This document shows positions 37,501 through 47,998 of a stretch of DNA of 64,000 bases, in pieces. Under the pieces are notes generated by a model. It ran no database searches. It saw only the letters and a program-made list of their open reading frames with translations, and was not told the DNA's origin. Both the position numbers and the translations under genes were made by a program. The stretch is from Candidatus Thorarchaeota archaeon (lineage in GTDB: Archaea; Asgardarchaeota; Thorarchaeia; Thorarchaeales; Thorarchaeaceae). The stretch covers positions 32,001 to 96,000 of the forward strand of contig DXJO01000010.1 in assembly GCA_019057475.1 (NCBI GenBank), in the 5' to 3' direction. The number at the start of each line of letters is the position of its first letter. Positions within the stretch are counted from its first letter, which is position 1.

Positions 37501-38166
37501 TCAGTTCTCAAACCAAGATGTATCACAGTTGAACAAGAAGATATCAGTACGAAATTCTTTGGCGGCAAATCTGTCATGGCGACTTAGAGCGTAGCGAGTA
37601 CGTCTTCTAAGGTGCGGGATGTCGAAGAGGTCTGGATGTCCGCATTTGTCCGGATTACCAATCCATACCACTGGCACTCCGCTCTCCACGATGTCGATGG
37701 CAGTCATAGACCACTGTGGCTCCCAACAGACTATCACAAGAGAGGGGTTATGGTGGCCGATAGCCTTCAGAGCATCTATTTTCTCGATATGCTTTGGATA
37801 TGCAATGTCGTAGCGATCTGATTTGGCATCTGTAACGATTATCTTTCTCTCAATCCATTGGGTCAAAAAGTAAGAGAGTCGACCATCTCCGCTCATTACC
37901 TCTAGTATGGGGCCCTTGTTGCCAGTTTCTTTCAGGACTATGTTCATCACGTGCACGAGCTCACGCACGAATTCCTCATTGAATATCTGGAATAGCCATC
38001 GTCCGCCAGCGTTTGAGCCGCTGCAGTATTCCCTCACGTTGAATTCCCTTTCAACAGTTTCAAGCAGCTCAAGGGCACGAGAGTAGGGGATCAGCTCACT
38101 ATGAACATCCACGAACTCCCCGTTAGAGGCTCTTGTCCAATCATCTGTTGGGCGCATCTTGTGCAT
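37501..38166 (-). CDS. Hypothetical protein, SAM-methyltransferase-like motif I
   Basis: ILEVMSGDGRLS...IIVTD. Confidence 0.6.
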   Translation of the reverse strand: MHKMRPTDDWTRASNGEFVDVHSELIPYSRALELLETVEREFNVREYCSGSNAGGRWLFQIFNEEFVRELVHVMNIVLKETGNKGPILEVMSGDGRLSYFLTQWIERKIIVTDAKSDRYDIAYPKHIEKIDALKAIGHHNPSLVIVCWEPQWSMTAIDIVESGVPVVWIGNPDKCGHPDLFDIPHLRRRTRYALSRHDRFAAKEFRTDIFLFNCDTSWFEN

Positions 38167-38268
38167 CTGTCCCCTTTGTGCTGAATTTCTATTGGAGAAC
38201 TAGACACGATTCAAAAGAGTATCTGTGTTACTGTGGACTTCGGCCCGTATTAGACAACAATTCTTATC

Positions 38269-39254
38269 GGCCCTGTTGAAAAAGTCACCTCCCGGCACAC
38301 TCCAAGAAGTTGAGGCGTTCGATGTTGTGCAACACCACCTTGATCAGCAGCTCTCTTCGCCGCTCCATCCAACCCCTCGAACTCAGACTTCCTCCGTATC
38401 TCAGCTTCATCATGCCGAACACGGTTTCCACAAGGCTCCTTCTCCCGTACTGATGAGCTCTCTTCCACTCCTCAGGGTCTGCTCGATACTCCCTCATCAA
38501 CCTCCCATATGCCCAGTGACTCTTTGAGTTGATGCTCGAAGTGCTCTTTGGCTCGATGGCGGGATATGCACCGATATCAGCTATGAACTGGACATTCCTC
38601 CTTGAGATGTATGCCTTGTCACCATAGACGGTCTCAAGACTACTCTTTGAGACCCTCCTGACCAGTGGGACCATGAACATTGGATCACCTCCCGGCTTAC
38701 CTCTGACCCGAGTCGCATGGATCAACAGGGTGTCAGTGTCCACTGCGTTGTGAAGTGCATGGAAACGCCTTCTACGGCTCTTCCTCAACCTCACAGAGAA
38801 CCACTCTCCCCCAGTGGAGTGTGAGAACCCGGAGGAGTCCACGGCAATGTTCTCTGGAGGAGGTCTCTTCCGGGCAAGAAGTTCGTACATTCGATGAAGG
38901 AGTCCTGTGTCGACACGGGTCAGTGCCTTCTGAAGCAGGGAGTAGCTGGGAGCTCTCTCAAGGCCAAGATGGCTCAACAAGTGGGGGTTGAAGTTGACAT
39001 GGGCTACGAAGTCACGGTAGCTGAGTCCGAGGTCGAACTTGAGTCCGAGAAGAACAAAGAGAGTGGGGAGCGGGAACTCGACAGGTCGACCGTGTCTGGA
39101 TCTGGTGTCGGGGATGGTATTGCAAAGGCTGATAAGTTCGTTGAGCAGAAAGTGATAACGGCGAGCCTTGGCCGCATCATGTGATGCATGGTAGGACATG
39201 AATCATGTGACGTTGCTGACTCGCCTCTGAATTCTTGTATTATTCAACAGGGCC
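38269..39254 (-). mobile_element. Complete IS5-family (IS903-like) insertion sequence, 986 bp
   Basis: Inverted repeats GGCCCTGTTGAA (38269-80)/TTCAACAGGGCC (39243-54); 9-bp direct repeat ATTCTTATC at 38260-68 and 39255-63. Confidence 0.93.
38285..39199 (-). CDS. IS5-family DDE transposase
   Basis: AVDSSG, YGDKAY, YGRRSLVETVFGMMK. Confidence 0.93.
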   Translation of the reverse strand: MSYHASHDAAKARRYHFLLNELISLCNTIPDTRSRHGRPVEFPLPTLFVLLGLKFDLGLSYRDFVAHVNFNPHLLSHLGLERAPSYSLLQKALTRVDTGLLHRMYELLARKRPPPENIAVDSSGFSHSTGGEWFSVRLRKSRRRRFHALHNAVDTDTLLIHATRVRGKPGGDPMFMVPLVRRVSKSSLETVYGDKAYISRRNVQFIADIGAYPAIEPKSTSSINSKSHWAYGRLMREYRADPEEWKRAHQYGRRSLVETVFGMMKLRYGGSLSSRGWMERRRELLIKVVLHNIERLNFLECAGR

Positions 39255-39394
39255 ATTCTTATCCAAAAGTCTAATAGGGAGTTTCCTGAATCAGGAGTCT
39301 AGGTGAGCTAGAATGAGGTATTGTGTTCTCTAAACGTGAAAAATCCTTCACACACATACCCAAACAGGCTCACAAGCATTGACTACTGAGGATA

Positions 39395-42310
39395 GTGAGT
39401 TCCATGGACTACGATTCCAGAAAAATCGAGAAGAAATGGCAGAAGCGTTGGACGAAAGACGGGGTGTTTGAAGCAGACCCTGACCCTTCCCGACCTAAAT
39501 TCTTCCTTACATGCCCCTATCCATACGTCAATGGTGCTCTGCACATTGGCCACGGTCGAACCTACACAGTGGCTGACCTGATTGCCAGATACAACCGTAT
39601 GCGCGGCTTCAACGTGCTGTTCCCAATGGCATCTCACATGACGGGCACGCCCATACAAGGGATGGTAGATAGAATCAAGTCTGGTGACCAAGTCGCAATG
39701 GAGCAATACAAGAGAGACCTTCGTTTGTATTTGGAAACAGAGGAGGAGGTCGAGGCGCAACTGGCGAAGTTCATCGACCCATGGGTCACAGCCAGATTCT
39801 TTGCGAAGGCTATTCGCCAGGACTTTGATGCTTTGGGCTACAGCATCGACTGGCGAAGGAAATTCGCCACTGGTGATAAGACCTACAACCAGTTTGTCAC
39901 CTGGCAATATCACAAGTTCATGGACAAAGGCTACATCAAGCAGGGTGACTATCCGCTACTGTACTGCCCCAATGATGGTAACCCCGTTGGGGAGGATGAC
40001 CTACTAGAGGGTGCGACAGCCAAGGTCAAGGAGTTCACTGCCATTAAGTTCGACTTCGAGGATGGATATCTGGTTGCTGCGACGCTCCGCCCGGAAACAA
40101 TCTTCGGTGTCACAAACATGTGGATTCATCCAACTGAAGAGTACGTGTGGGCACTAGTCAACGGTGAGAAGTGGGTGGTTTCAAAGAAGGCTGTTAAGAA
40201 ACTGAAGCTGCAGGCTAAGGAGGTGGAGGTTCTAGAAACCTTCCCCGGCTCGAAGATCATTGGCAAGAGCTTCCAAGCGGTTCATGATGGCCATGATATT
40301 CCAATCTTTCCTGCTGAGTTCGTAGACCCGAATAACGCTACGGGCGTTGTGTATTCCGTGCCGGGACATGCTCCATTCGACTACATTGCATTGCGCGACC
40401 TGTGGGAAGATCCCTCTCCGTTGAAACCGTATGGCATATCAGCTGAAGAAGTTCGTGCGATAGAAATCATCAGCATGATTGAAATGAAGGGCTACAGCGA
40501 GTTTCCTGCGAAGGATGCAGTCGAGTCCAGAAACATCAAGTCACAAGCTCAAGCGGAGGAACTGGAGGCCGCAACTCAGGAGATCTATAAAGCTGAGTTC
40601 TACGACGGGGTGATGAAGGACAACTGCATGCAGTTCTCCGGGCGAGAGATCAAAGATGTGAAGGAAGATGTGGTCAAATGGATGAAGTCGACGAACCACA
40701 TTGATGTCTTCTACGAACCCGATGTTCGGCCTGTAGTCTGCAAGTGCGGAGCTGACGTACAGATTGGAGTCTTTGCTGGACAGTGGTTCTTGGACTATGA
40801 GAGCACTGGGTGGAAGGACGAGGCATGGAAGGCTCTCAACTCGATGGACATTGTTCCAGAAACATTCAGAAACCTATTCGAGGCGACATTTGACTGGTTG
40901 GCACAGAGACCATGTGCAAGGAAACGGGGCATCGGTACAAAGCTGCCATTCGATGAGGAGTGGATAATCGAGTCGCTGTCAGATTCCACTATCTACATGG
41001 CGTTCTACACAATCTCTCACAAGATTACCGGGAATAAGCTGAAGCCAGAACAGCTGACATTGAGTTTCTTTGACTATGTCTTCTTAGGAAAAGGCGGTAT
41101 CAAGAAGACCGCGAAGGAAACCGGCATATCCGAAGATCTGTTGAAATCTATGCGTGACGAATTCGCTTACTGGTATCCCAATGATCAGAGACATACAGCT
41201 CCATCTCACATATCGAATCATCTGAGCTTTGCCATCTTCCATCATGTGGCCATATTCCCTGAGAAGCACTGGCTGAAGTGCATCAGCCTGAATGAGCACG
41301 TGAACCTGGAAGGCGCAAGGATGTCCAAGAGCAAGGGCAACGTCTTCCCTCTAGTGGAGATCCCTCAGAAGTACGGTGCTGATGTCTACAGAACATACGC
41401 GGTTTCTGCGGCTGAGCCCGGCAGTCTGATGGACTGGCGCGAGCGTGATGTTCCAGCTGTGAGGAATCGGCTGCAAAGCTTCATGGAGATAATGCAGAAA
41501 CACTCCACGAAAGAACCGAGAGTCTATCTGAAGAAGGACAAGCCAGCTGCAATCACTCGTTGGCTACTATCAAAGGTGAACTCGATTATTGAGTCATGCA
41601 CTCAGAATCTGGATAACTTCAGGCTACGTGATTACGCAATAGCTGTTACATCTGAAATGACACGAGCTGTAAACCACTACCTAAGACGGCCGGAGGTTCC
41701 CAAAGAGGAGCGTGAGGGAACATTGGCCTACGTATGTGATGTCTGGGTGCGGCTGGCGGCCCCTCTCATTCCTCACACCTGCGAGGAAGTCTGGTCCAAG
41801 ATGGATCGAGATGGTTACATATCCTTAGCATCCTGGCCCAAACCAGACAAGAAACTGATTGACCCGTCCATTGAAGTGGCTCATCAAGTCGTCTTGTCCA
41901 CTATGCGTGACGTGAGGGAAATCATGAAACTCCTGAAGGACACCAAGGCGAAGAAGGTACATGTCTATGTTGCGCCCGAATGGATGTTCCAAGCTCTGAA
42001 TAGTGTCCGTGAGGCGGAGTTGCCAGTAATCGTGGGCACCATTATGAAACATCTAATGTCGAATCCCGACTTTAGGAAATATGGCAAGCAGGTGAAGAAC
42101 ATCGTTGATAGGGTTGCGAAGGAGAACGGCCTTTGGGACCACTCCTCAAGCGCTGCAGATGAGATTGCGGTCCTGCTGGGCTCGGCAAACTACATGAGCG
42201 AAGAGCTGGGGCTTGAAGTAGTCATACAAAACTCGGAGAGTCCCGAATGCGACCCTCAGAATAAAGCACGGTTCGCACTGCCAGGACGGACATCGCTCTT
42301 CTTGGAGTAG
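39395..42310 (+). CDS. leuS: Leucine--tRNA ligase (archaeal type)
   Basis: PYVNGALHIGH, ATLRPET, TGVVYSVPGHAPFD, IESLSDSTIY, RMSKSKGN. Confidence 0.96.
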   Translation: MSSMDYDSRKIEKKWQKRWTKDGVFEADPDPSRPKFFLTCPYPYVNGALHIGHGRTYTVADLIARYNRMRGFNVLFPMASHMTGTPIQGMVDRIKSGDQVAMEQYKRDLRLYLETEEEVEAQLAKFIDPWVTARFFAKAIRQDFDALGYSIDWRRKFATGDKTYNQFVTWQYHKFMDKGYIKQGDYPLLYCPNDGNPVGEDDLLEGATAKVKEFTAIKFDFEDGYLVAATLRPETIFGVTNMWIHPTEEYVWALVNGEKWVVSKKAVKKLKLQAKEVEVLETFPGSKIIGKSFQAVHDGHDIPIFPAEFVDPNNATGVVYSVPGHAPFDYIALRDLWEDPSPLKPYGISAEEVRAIEIISMIEMKGYSEFPAKDAVESRNIKSQAQAEELEAATQEIYKAEFYDGVMKDNCMQFSGREIKDVKEDVVKWMKSTNHIDVFYEPDVRPVVCKCGADVQIGVFAGQWFLDYESTGWKDEAWKALNSMDIVPETFRNLFEATFDWLAQRPCARKRGIGTKLPFDEEWIIESLSDSTIYMAFYTISHKITGNKLKPEQLTLSFFDYVFLGKGGIKKTAKETGISEDLLKSMRDEFAYWYPNDQRHTAPSHISNHLSFAIFHHVAIFPEKHWLKCISLNEHVNLEGARMSKSKGNVFPLVEIPQKYGADVYRTYAVSAAEPGSLMDWRERDVPAVRNRLQSFMEIMQKHSTKEPRVYLKKDKPAAITRWLLSKVNSIIESCTQNLDNFRLRDYAIAVTSEMTRAVNHYLRRPEVPKEEREGTLAYVCDVWVRLAAPLIPHTCEEVWSKMDRDGYISLASWPKPDKKLIDPSIEVAHQVVLSTMRDVREIMKLLKDTKAKKVHVYVAPEWMFQALNSVREAELPVIVGTIMKHLMSNPDFRKYGKQVKNIVDRVAKENGLWDHSSSAADEIAVLLGSANYMSEELGLEVVIQNSESPECDPQNKARFALPGRTSLFLE

Positions 42311-42318
42311 TCGATCTG

Positions 42319-42756
42319 TCAGGTCGTGTATCTTGCTACATTGTCCTTGAACCACTCTGGGACCTGGGCATCATCGACTCTATCAGATGAAGGCAAGTAT
42401 GGTTTAATGTCAATAATGGGTGTTTTGTCAAAAGCGTCAATCTGGTCGATTCGGATTCGATGGTTTGTATCATTAATACCCCTGACAGCTACTATTGAGA
42501 TACCAATAGGGGTGGGCCGGGCAGGGGATCTAGTTGCGAATACGCCTGACAGTTCAGCATTTGTCTTAGGAGGACGACCCCTCAGGTGAGAACGGTCTGC
42601 TGGATTGTCCCGTTCAGTAATCCACCAGAGCACGATGATGTGGGAGAACTTATCCAGCTGAAGTACAGCATCCCAATACTCCGGTTTGATTTCAAGATAG
42701 ATTGAGTCGTCGTTCGTCTTCCTGACGGTTCCCACTACACTGGCACAGAGTTCCAT
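42319..42756 (-). CDS. trmO: tRNA m6t6A37 methyltransferase TrmO/TsaA family
   Basis: GVFATRSPARPTPIG, DAFDKTPIIDIKPY; probable start ATG 42756. Confidence 0.88.
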   Translation of the reverse strand: MELCASVVGTVRKTNDDSIYLEIKPEYWDAVLQLDKFSHIIVLWWITERDNPADRSHLRGRPPKTNAELSGVFATRSPARPTPIGISIVAVRGINDTNHRIRIDQIDAFDKTPIIDIKPYLPSSDRVDDAQVPEWFKDNVARYTT

Positions 42757-42877
42757 ATTGGACTTCACCTCGCTGCATGCAGGCGCACTCCCAGATGAAT
42801 CAATTGGAATATCCCGGAATATTGATGATTCACAGATGCGAATCGGTGGGGTCCCAGTTCTTCTCAACGGAAACTAG

Positions 42878-43375
42878 CTAGACCAGCGGTCCTGCCTTCA
42901 TCTTGAGTTTCTTGGCAGCTTCTTCCAAGGCATAGCCCTCAACAGACGGGGCGAGGCCTGTTTCTTCCAGTGGAATGACTAACCGCATTCCCCCTTTCTT
43001 TGAATAGGCACCAAGACCCACACTTGTGCCCACTTGGATAACCTTCTTCTTCCGGAAGACCCGCTGGACTTTGAGAAAACCATCAGTGCAGGCAAGCACG
43101 ATTATAGCTGTGGCGTCATTGTAGATTTCCTTTGTCGCCTTATGCTTCGTACGTTCACGAATCAGGGGGGGTTGGCAGCTAACGCCGACGAGTTCCTGAC
43201 GGATGACGTTGAATCCATCCTTTTCAAGAGCTTCAGCAAGGGCCTTGAGATTCTTGCGTCCGCCAAGGTCGCAGTATTTCGTGCAGTCATTGCATGACCA
43301 CACAACGATTTTGTCGTCCTTGTCAAGCTTCTCTTTCAGCTGTTCATAGTCGAGGCTACGAAGCACTACAATCAA
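42878..43375 (-). CDS. MetV-like (MTHFR small subunit-like) Cys protein
   Basis: WSCNDCTKYCDLGG, VSC, IVLACTDG. Confidence 0.65.
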   Translation of the reverse strand: MIVVLRSLDYEQLKEKLDKDDKIVVWSCNDCTKYCDLGGRKNLKALAEALEKDGFNVIRQELVGVSCQPPLIRERTKHKATKEIYNDATAIIVLACTDGFLKVQRVFRKKKVIQVGTSVGLGAYSKKGGMRLVIPLEETGLAPSVEGYALEEAAKKLKMKAGPLV

Positions 43376-43770
43376 GATTCAACCCCCTCTGGTGTAACGA
43401 CCTTCAACATTTCGTTCATGGCAGGCACTCCCAATGTTCTCACTCCTGCGACAACGGAGATTTTGGGGAATTTCCGCTTGATTACGCTCCAACCCGCCCA
43501 ACAGCCCAGACAGAGTATCTTATCGACATCGCTGGCCGGTTTCGCATAGTCGTAGTAGTCGAAATTGCAGCCAATGGTAAGCACAATCTCCTCCGCAACC
43601 TCAATTCCAACATCTTGCACAAGCTTCTGACTAATCTCTTCCATCAGCTTTGCTCCGCCAGCTTCTTGCGATCGTGTGCAAGTATTGCAGGTAACAATCG
43701 AAACTCGTTCTCCCTTCTTGAATTGAGCCTTGATCTTCTCATAGGGAACCGCTTCAACAGCACAGACCAA
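43372..43770 (-). CDS. MetV-like Cys protein (paralog)
   Basis: VTCNTCTRSQEAGG, IGC, ILCLGCWAG. Confidence 0.6.
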   Translation of the reverse strand: MVCAVEAVPYEKIKAQFKKGERVSIVTCNTCTRSQEAGGAKLMEEISQKLVQDVGIEVAEEIVLTIGCNFDYYDYAKPASDVDKILCLGCWAGWSVIKRKFPKISVVAGVRTLGVPAMNEMLKVVTPEGVES

Positions 43771-43772
43771 AT

Positions 43773-44264
43773 CTATCCCTCCTGGGGCAAGATGATTCTT
43801 CTTGCGTGCGTACCAGCGTTGTCAAGCCGCTTTGCAGTCGTTTCATGGTAGTCAGCTTCGAAGTCCGACAGCTCGCCAAAGACTAGCGCTTTTGAAGGGC
43901 AGACTTCCACACATGCGGGGTCTTTGCCAGCCTTCTGACGGTCGTAGCACATGTCGCATTTCATGGTCTTCCGCGTCTTCTCATTGTAGATTGGAACCCC
44001 CCATGGACAAATCAATTCGCATGCACGACAACCGATGCACTTCTCATCGTCAATTAGCACGATGCCATCTTCAATGTGGATTGCCTCAGTTGGACAGACC
44101 TTTTCGCAGGGAGCATCTTCACAATGTGCACAACGGAAAGGAACCGGAATTCCTTGGAATTCATCCACATAGCACAATGATTCTCCATTCTCTCGGATAC
44201 AGGCTTCGATGCATTCCTCACAGCCTAGGCAGCGATTCATGACTAGAAAGACATTTCGTGGCAT
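43773..44264 (-). CDS. 4Fe-4S dicluster protein (DmsB/HydN-like)
   Basis: CLGCEECIEAC, CAHCEDAPC...CP, CIGCRACELICP, KCDMC...PACVEVCP. Confidence 0.9.
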   Translation of the reverse strand: MPRNVFLVMNRCLGCEECIEACIRENGESLCYVDEFQGIPVPFRCAHCEDAPCEKVCPTEAIHIEDGIVLIDDEKCIGCRACELICPWGVPIYNEKTRKTMKCDMCYDRQKAGKDPACVEVCPSKALVFGELSDFEADYHETTAKRLDNAGTHARRIILPQEG

Positions 44265-44282
44265 TTTGGCACATCCAAGTTT

Positions 44283-45377
44283 CTAGGATTTTCTCCCCGT
44301 CGCCAGTGCGGGTTGAGCAACCTCCGCAATGGCCTGAGCAATCTTCTCGCGCTTGCACGTTGGACAGGTGGTGTACGGTTCGAAGGGAAGACTGAGTCCA
44401 TCAATCGCCTTAACCGCCTCTTTCTCCGCAAGACGCTTTTTGAGATCCTCACCAAACGGAATTGGACTGAAGGGCTCTCCACAGACGGAGCATTTCTGCA
44501 ATTCGACTTCCAAGTCCCAGAGAGGTTCCTCCTTCATGTACGATAACAATTCAAACCCTGGCACAATCTCAATGGCCTCTTGTGGACAGGCTTTTTCACA
44601 TTCCTTGCACACAAGGCACTCAGTGTGAAGAGTTCCGTACTTGCGCTTGTCTTCTACGTCTTCAATGGAAATGACATCTTCAGGGCACACGCTATAGCAC
44701 GCATAACATCCGATGCATTTGTCCGGGTCCCTCTTTGGAAAACCATAACCTTCCATGACTTCTTCCGGTTCGAAAATCATGACCTTTTCTGGTTCATAGT
44801 CGACTCGTCTGGCGATTGAAACCAAGACCTCATGGATCTTGTGTTTCTTGGAAACTGTTTCATCCACATCCAGGTCAGTCAGGTCACTGACATCCTTCAC
44901 TGGGGTGGGTCCAAGCTTCTCAATCTTATTTGTGAAATTCGCGATGACTTCTGCCCACTTCGCTCCTTCAGCTGCTGAAACATGTTCGAAGGTAATCCTA
45001 TCTCCCAACCCCATCTCATCGAGTATCTTCTTGAAGAAGTCGAAGCGCTTCTTGGCGGCGATATTGCCCTCAACATAGTGACAGTCCCCAATGTGACAAC
45101 CACTAATGAGAACACCATCTGCACCCATCTCAAGCGCTCGAAGCACAAACAATGGGTCAATTCTGCCGGTGCAATTTACTCGTATAATCCGAACATTGGG
45201 GGGATGCTGTATCCTGCTTGTGCCTGCGAGGTCAGCTCCGGCGTAGGAGCACCAATTGCACGTCAGAGCGAGAATCCTCGGAAAGAATTCCCCCTTCTTC
45301 TTTCCTTTCGATTTCGGGGCGGATGGAGTTTCTTTGCTCGTAACCGTCAAGATCAAAGGGGCCTCCGGATGCTTCAA
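44283..45377 (-). CDS. MvhD/FlpD-type [2Fe-2S] protein fused to C-terminal 2x[4Fe-4S] ferredoxin
   Basis: CNWCSYAGAD, CTGRID, GCHIGDCHY..GN; then CIGCYAC...CP and CLVCKEC...CP. Confidence 0.88.
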   Translation of the reverse strand: MKHPEAPLILTVTSKETPSAPKSKGKKKGEFFPRILALTCNWCSYAGADLAGTSRIQHPPNVRIIRVNCTGRIDPLFVLRALEMGADGVLISGCHIGDCHYVEGNIAAKKRFDFFKKILDEMGLGDRITFEHVSAAEGAKWAEVIANFTNKIEKLGPTPVKDVSDLTDLDVDETVSKKHKIHEVLVSIARRVDYEPEKVMIFEPEEVMEGYGFPKRDPDKCIGCYACYSVCPEDVISIEDVEDKRKYGTLHTECLVCKECEKACPQEAIEIVPGFELLSYMKEEPLWDLEVELQKCSVCGEPFSPIPFGEDLKKRLAEKEAVKAIDGLSLPFEPYTTCPTCKREKIAQAIAEVAQPALATGRKS

Positions 45378-45530
45378 GGCTCTTTTCGACTCTCCTATTA
45401 AGGTTCCTGATTACGGAGCGTTGCTCTCAAGTCGATTATTGGTTTCAACTTGTTAGCCGAGGAGAACAGTTTTATGCCCAGCCTAGGAATGCATCCATGA
45501 ATACACGCTACTCGCACGGAGAGAAACGCT

Positions 45531-45767
45531 ATGATTATGGCATTCATAATGGCCAAGATTGAATCTGCAAAAGCTCGAAGCATTCTGGAACATGTCAAAG
45601 AGATTGAGGAAGTAAAAGAAGCGTTTCTCATATATGGCGCATACGATCTCTTGCTCAAGGCAGTCTTCAAAACACCCGAGGCTCTTAGCTCCTTCGTAGT
45701 GGATACGTTGCGCAAGGTCGATGGGGTCAAGGACACCATAACCAACGTCTGCGCGACTTACGACTAG
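45531..45767 (+). CDS. Lrp/AsnC ligand-binding (RAM) domain protein
   Basis: EVKEAFLIYGAYDLLLK...LRKVDGVKDTIT. Confidence 0.88.
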   Translation: MIMAFIMAKIESAKARSILEHVKEIEEVKEAFLIYGAYDLLLKAVFKTPEALSSFVVDTLRKVDGVKDTITNVCATYD

Positions 45768-45778
45768 AGGGATTTCCA

Positions 45779-46096
45779 GTGTCAGAAGTGCATAGTAGAC
45801 GAGTCTACAAATTCAAGCCCCGTTGGGGGCATCAAGTTCATATGGGCGCAGCCGAGATACGCGCTGCGGTTCTCAAGCTTGGCGAAGATGTGCTCGGCAG
45901 CCATTTCTCTGTGAGGATTGTATCTGAAGAGGAGAGCACGATAGAGGTACGATGCGAAGCGGCCACGGGTGCGATCGTGTACGAGATGGACTCGAAGATA
46001 ATGTTCTCGATACTCAATTGGTGTGAGAAGGAGGACATTGACTTCAGCGTTGAAGAAATGGACGCCATGACTCCTGACATGGATGATTACGTGTAG
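45779..46096 (+). CDS. Hypothetical protein
   Basis: 105-aa ORF 11 nt after the Lrp gene. Confidence 0.6.
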   Translation: MSEVHSRRVYKFKPRWGHQVHMGAAEIRAAVLKLGEDVLGSHFSVRIVSEEESTIEVRCEAATGAIVYEMDSKIMFSILNWCEKEDIDFSVEEMDAMTPDMDDYV

Positions 46097-46105
46097 ACTA
46101 GGGTC

Positions 46106-47998
46106 TCACTCGTCAGGAATCTCCATTCCACTGGCTTCTTCTACCAAACCAAGACGTTGCAGTGTAGATGCATACGGGATACCAGTTTCGTTGTCCCACC
46201 CACGCTTCAGATAGTACTCGTCCAACATCTGGTCCAGCTCAACTACTTCCCCCTTGGATGGTCCAAGAGGCGCACCCTCTTTTGTCAGTCTGTCAGGAAG
46301 ACAGTCATCAGCTCGTGTCACGCCACGTCTTGCATTGAATAGACGGTTCAGGTTTACGATACGCTCCCCTATGGTCTGCAGGTCTGCTCTTGTGAACTCG
46401 AACCCATTGTGAACCTTCAGTGCAAGTGCTACATCCTCATAGTAGAACTCAGGAGGGATTTGCGTTCCATACTTGCACAATCCTAGGCTCTCGACGACAA
46501 CCATGAAGTCCTCACACTCTTTCACCATTATTCCCTTGTACTTAGGATTCAGACGTTCTGCCATCTCAGGGAGATACTCCTCTCCGAAGCGCTCCCTTAT
46601 CTCATCATCAAAGCCGGCCTCATCTAGGACAGGGAATGCGTAGAGATGGTCCGCCCCCCTTGCCGCGGTGACTGCAGCAAGCCCCATGGACTTCTGAGCG
46701 CGCGGTTCTTGCCCTGCAATCTCTTGCTTTTTCACTGTCATCACAAACTTCTCGGTGCCTCGACCTATTTTCTCTGCGGCTCGTGCACTTCCTTCAGCAA
46801 GAACATCACCAAATCCCTCTCTGAAGGCAATCATCTTGATGAGCTTGACAATGGACTCATGATTGCCCCACGAAAGGTCGATTCCATCTGTATCATCTGC
46901 CGTGAGTAGGCCCTCATCCCATGCCTCCATGGCCCAAGAGATGGTGCCACCCAAGGATATCGTGTCCATTCCGTACTGATTGGCCAAATGATGACCAAAG
47001 AGGACTGACTCCAAGTTATCATTGCCACAACGGGAGCCCAGTGATGATTGAGTCTCAAACTCTGGCGACCCGCCTACGTATTTGTACGGGCCTTCTTTGA
47101 CGGAGGTATAGCGTGCACACCTTTGCAAGCAGCACCAGTCTGACCTTGGTTTCACAAGATACTTCTCGGTGATTGTTTCGCCGCTTATCTTCTCATATCC
47201 CTCAAAGACCCCTTGACGCATGTTGTAGCTTGGCAGTCTCCCTATATGCTGCATCATCTCAACAAGATTAGTTGTTCCGTACTTCGCCCTTCCCGGAGTA
47301 AAGGGATTTGCCAGCATGCGACGATAGAATTCATCCATAGTATCCATGTACTTCTTGGGGTCTGCAACCTCAATCTTTCCCGCACCTCGCACACATATGG
47401 CCTTCAGCTTCTTTGAGCCCATCACCGCGCCAAGTCCAGAACGAGCGGAGGCACGGTCTCTATCATTCATCACTGCCGCAAAGCGGACAAGGTTCTCGCC
47501 TGCTTGCCCGATATAGATCAATCTGGCTCGCTTGCCGTGTCGCTTCCGCAGTATGTCATCGGTCTCAAACACATCTCGGCCCCAGACATCATCAGCACTT
47601 AGGAGTTCCACAGTCGAGTCATTGATGTTCAAGTAGACTGGGTCTGGCGATGCTCCAGTGAAGAAAATGGCATCATAGCCTGCCAGCTTGAGTTCGGGTC
47701 CCCAGAACCCTGCCGCATGACTCTCTCCCCATACATCAGTGAGAGGCGAGAGAGCTGCAACAACGTGTCGTGATGACTGCGGGAACATTGATGCTGTGAG
47801 CAATCCTGTGGCAAAGCCTAGGACATTCTCTGGTGAGAGTGGATCAATGTCAGTCGGAATGGAGTCAAAGAGAACCTTTGAGAGATACCCCGCGCCAAGA
47901 AGGTACTTCTCTACAAGTTTCTTCTCAATAGGCCTCTTCTCAATCTCTCCTTTTGTTAGGTCCACCCAAATGACTTTACCACCTACTCCGTGAATCAT
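46106..47998 (-). CDS. W/Mo aldehyde:ferredoxin oxidoreductase family protein
   Basis: SPLT...ESHAAG, RSGLGAVMGSKKLKAI, GMDTIS, LAEG, RGADH, SLGLC. Confidence 0.92.
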   Translation of the reverse strand: MIHGVGGKVIWVDLTKGEIEKRPIEKKLVEKYLLGAGYLSKVLFDSIPTDIDPLSPENVLGFATGLLTASMFPQSSRHVVAALSPLTDVWGESHAAGFWGPELKLAGYDAIFFTGASPDPVYLNINDSTVELLSADDVWGRDVFETDDILRKRHGKRARLIYIGQAGENLVRFAAVMNDRDRASARSGLGAVMGSKKLKAICVRGAGKIEVADPKKYMDTMDEFYRRMLANPFTPGRAKYGTTNLVEMMQHIGRLPSYNMRQGVFEGYEKISGETITEKYLVKPRSDWCCLQRCARYTSVKEGPYKYVGGSPEFETQSSLGSRCGNDNLESVLFGHHLANQYGMDTISLGGTISWAMEAWDEGLLTADDTDGIDLSWGNHESIVKLIKMIAFREGFGDVLAEGSARAAEKIGRGTEKFVMTVKKQEIAGQEPRAQKSMGLAAVTAARGADHLYAFPVLDEAGFDDEIRERFGEEYLPEMAERLNPKYKGIMVKECEDFMVVVESLGLCKYGTQIPPEFYYEDVALALKVHNGFEFTRADLQTIGERIVNLNRLFNARRGVTRADDCLPDRLTKEGAPLGPSKGEVVELDQMLDEYYLKRGWDNETGIPYASTLQRLGLVEEASGMEIPDE

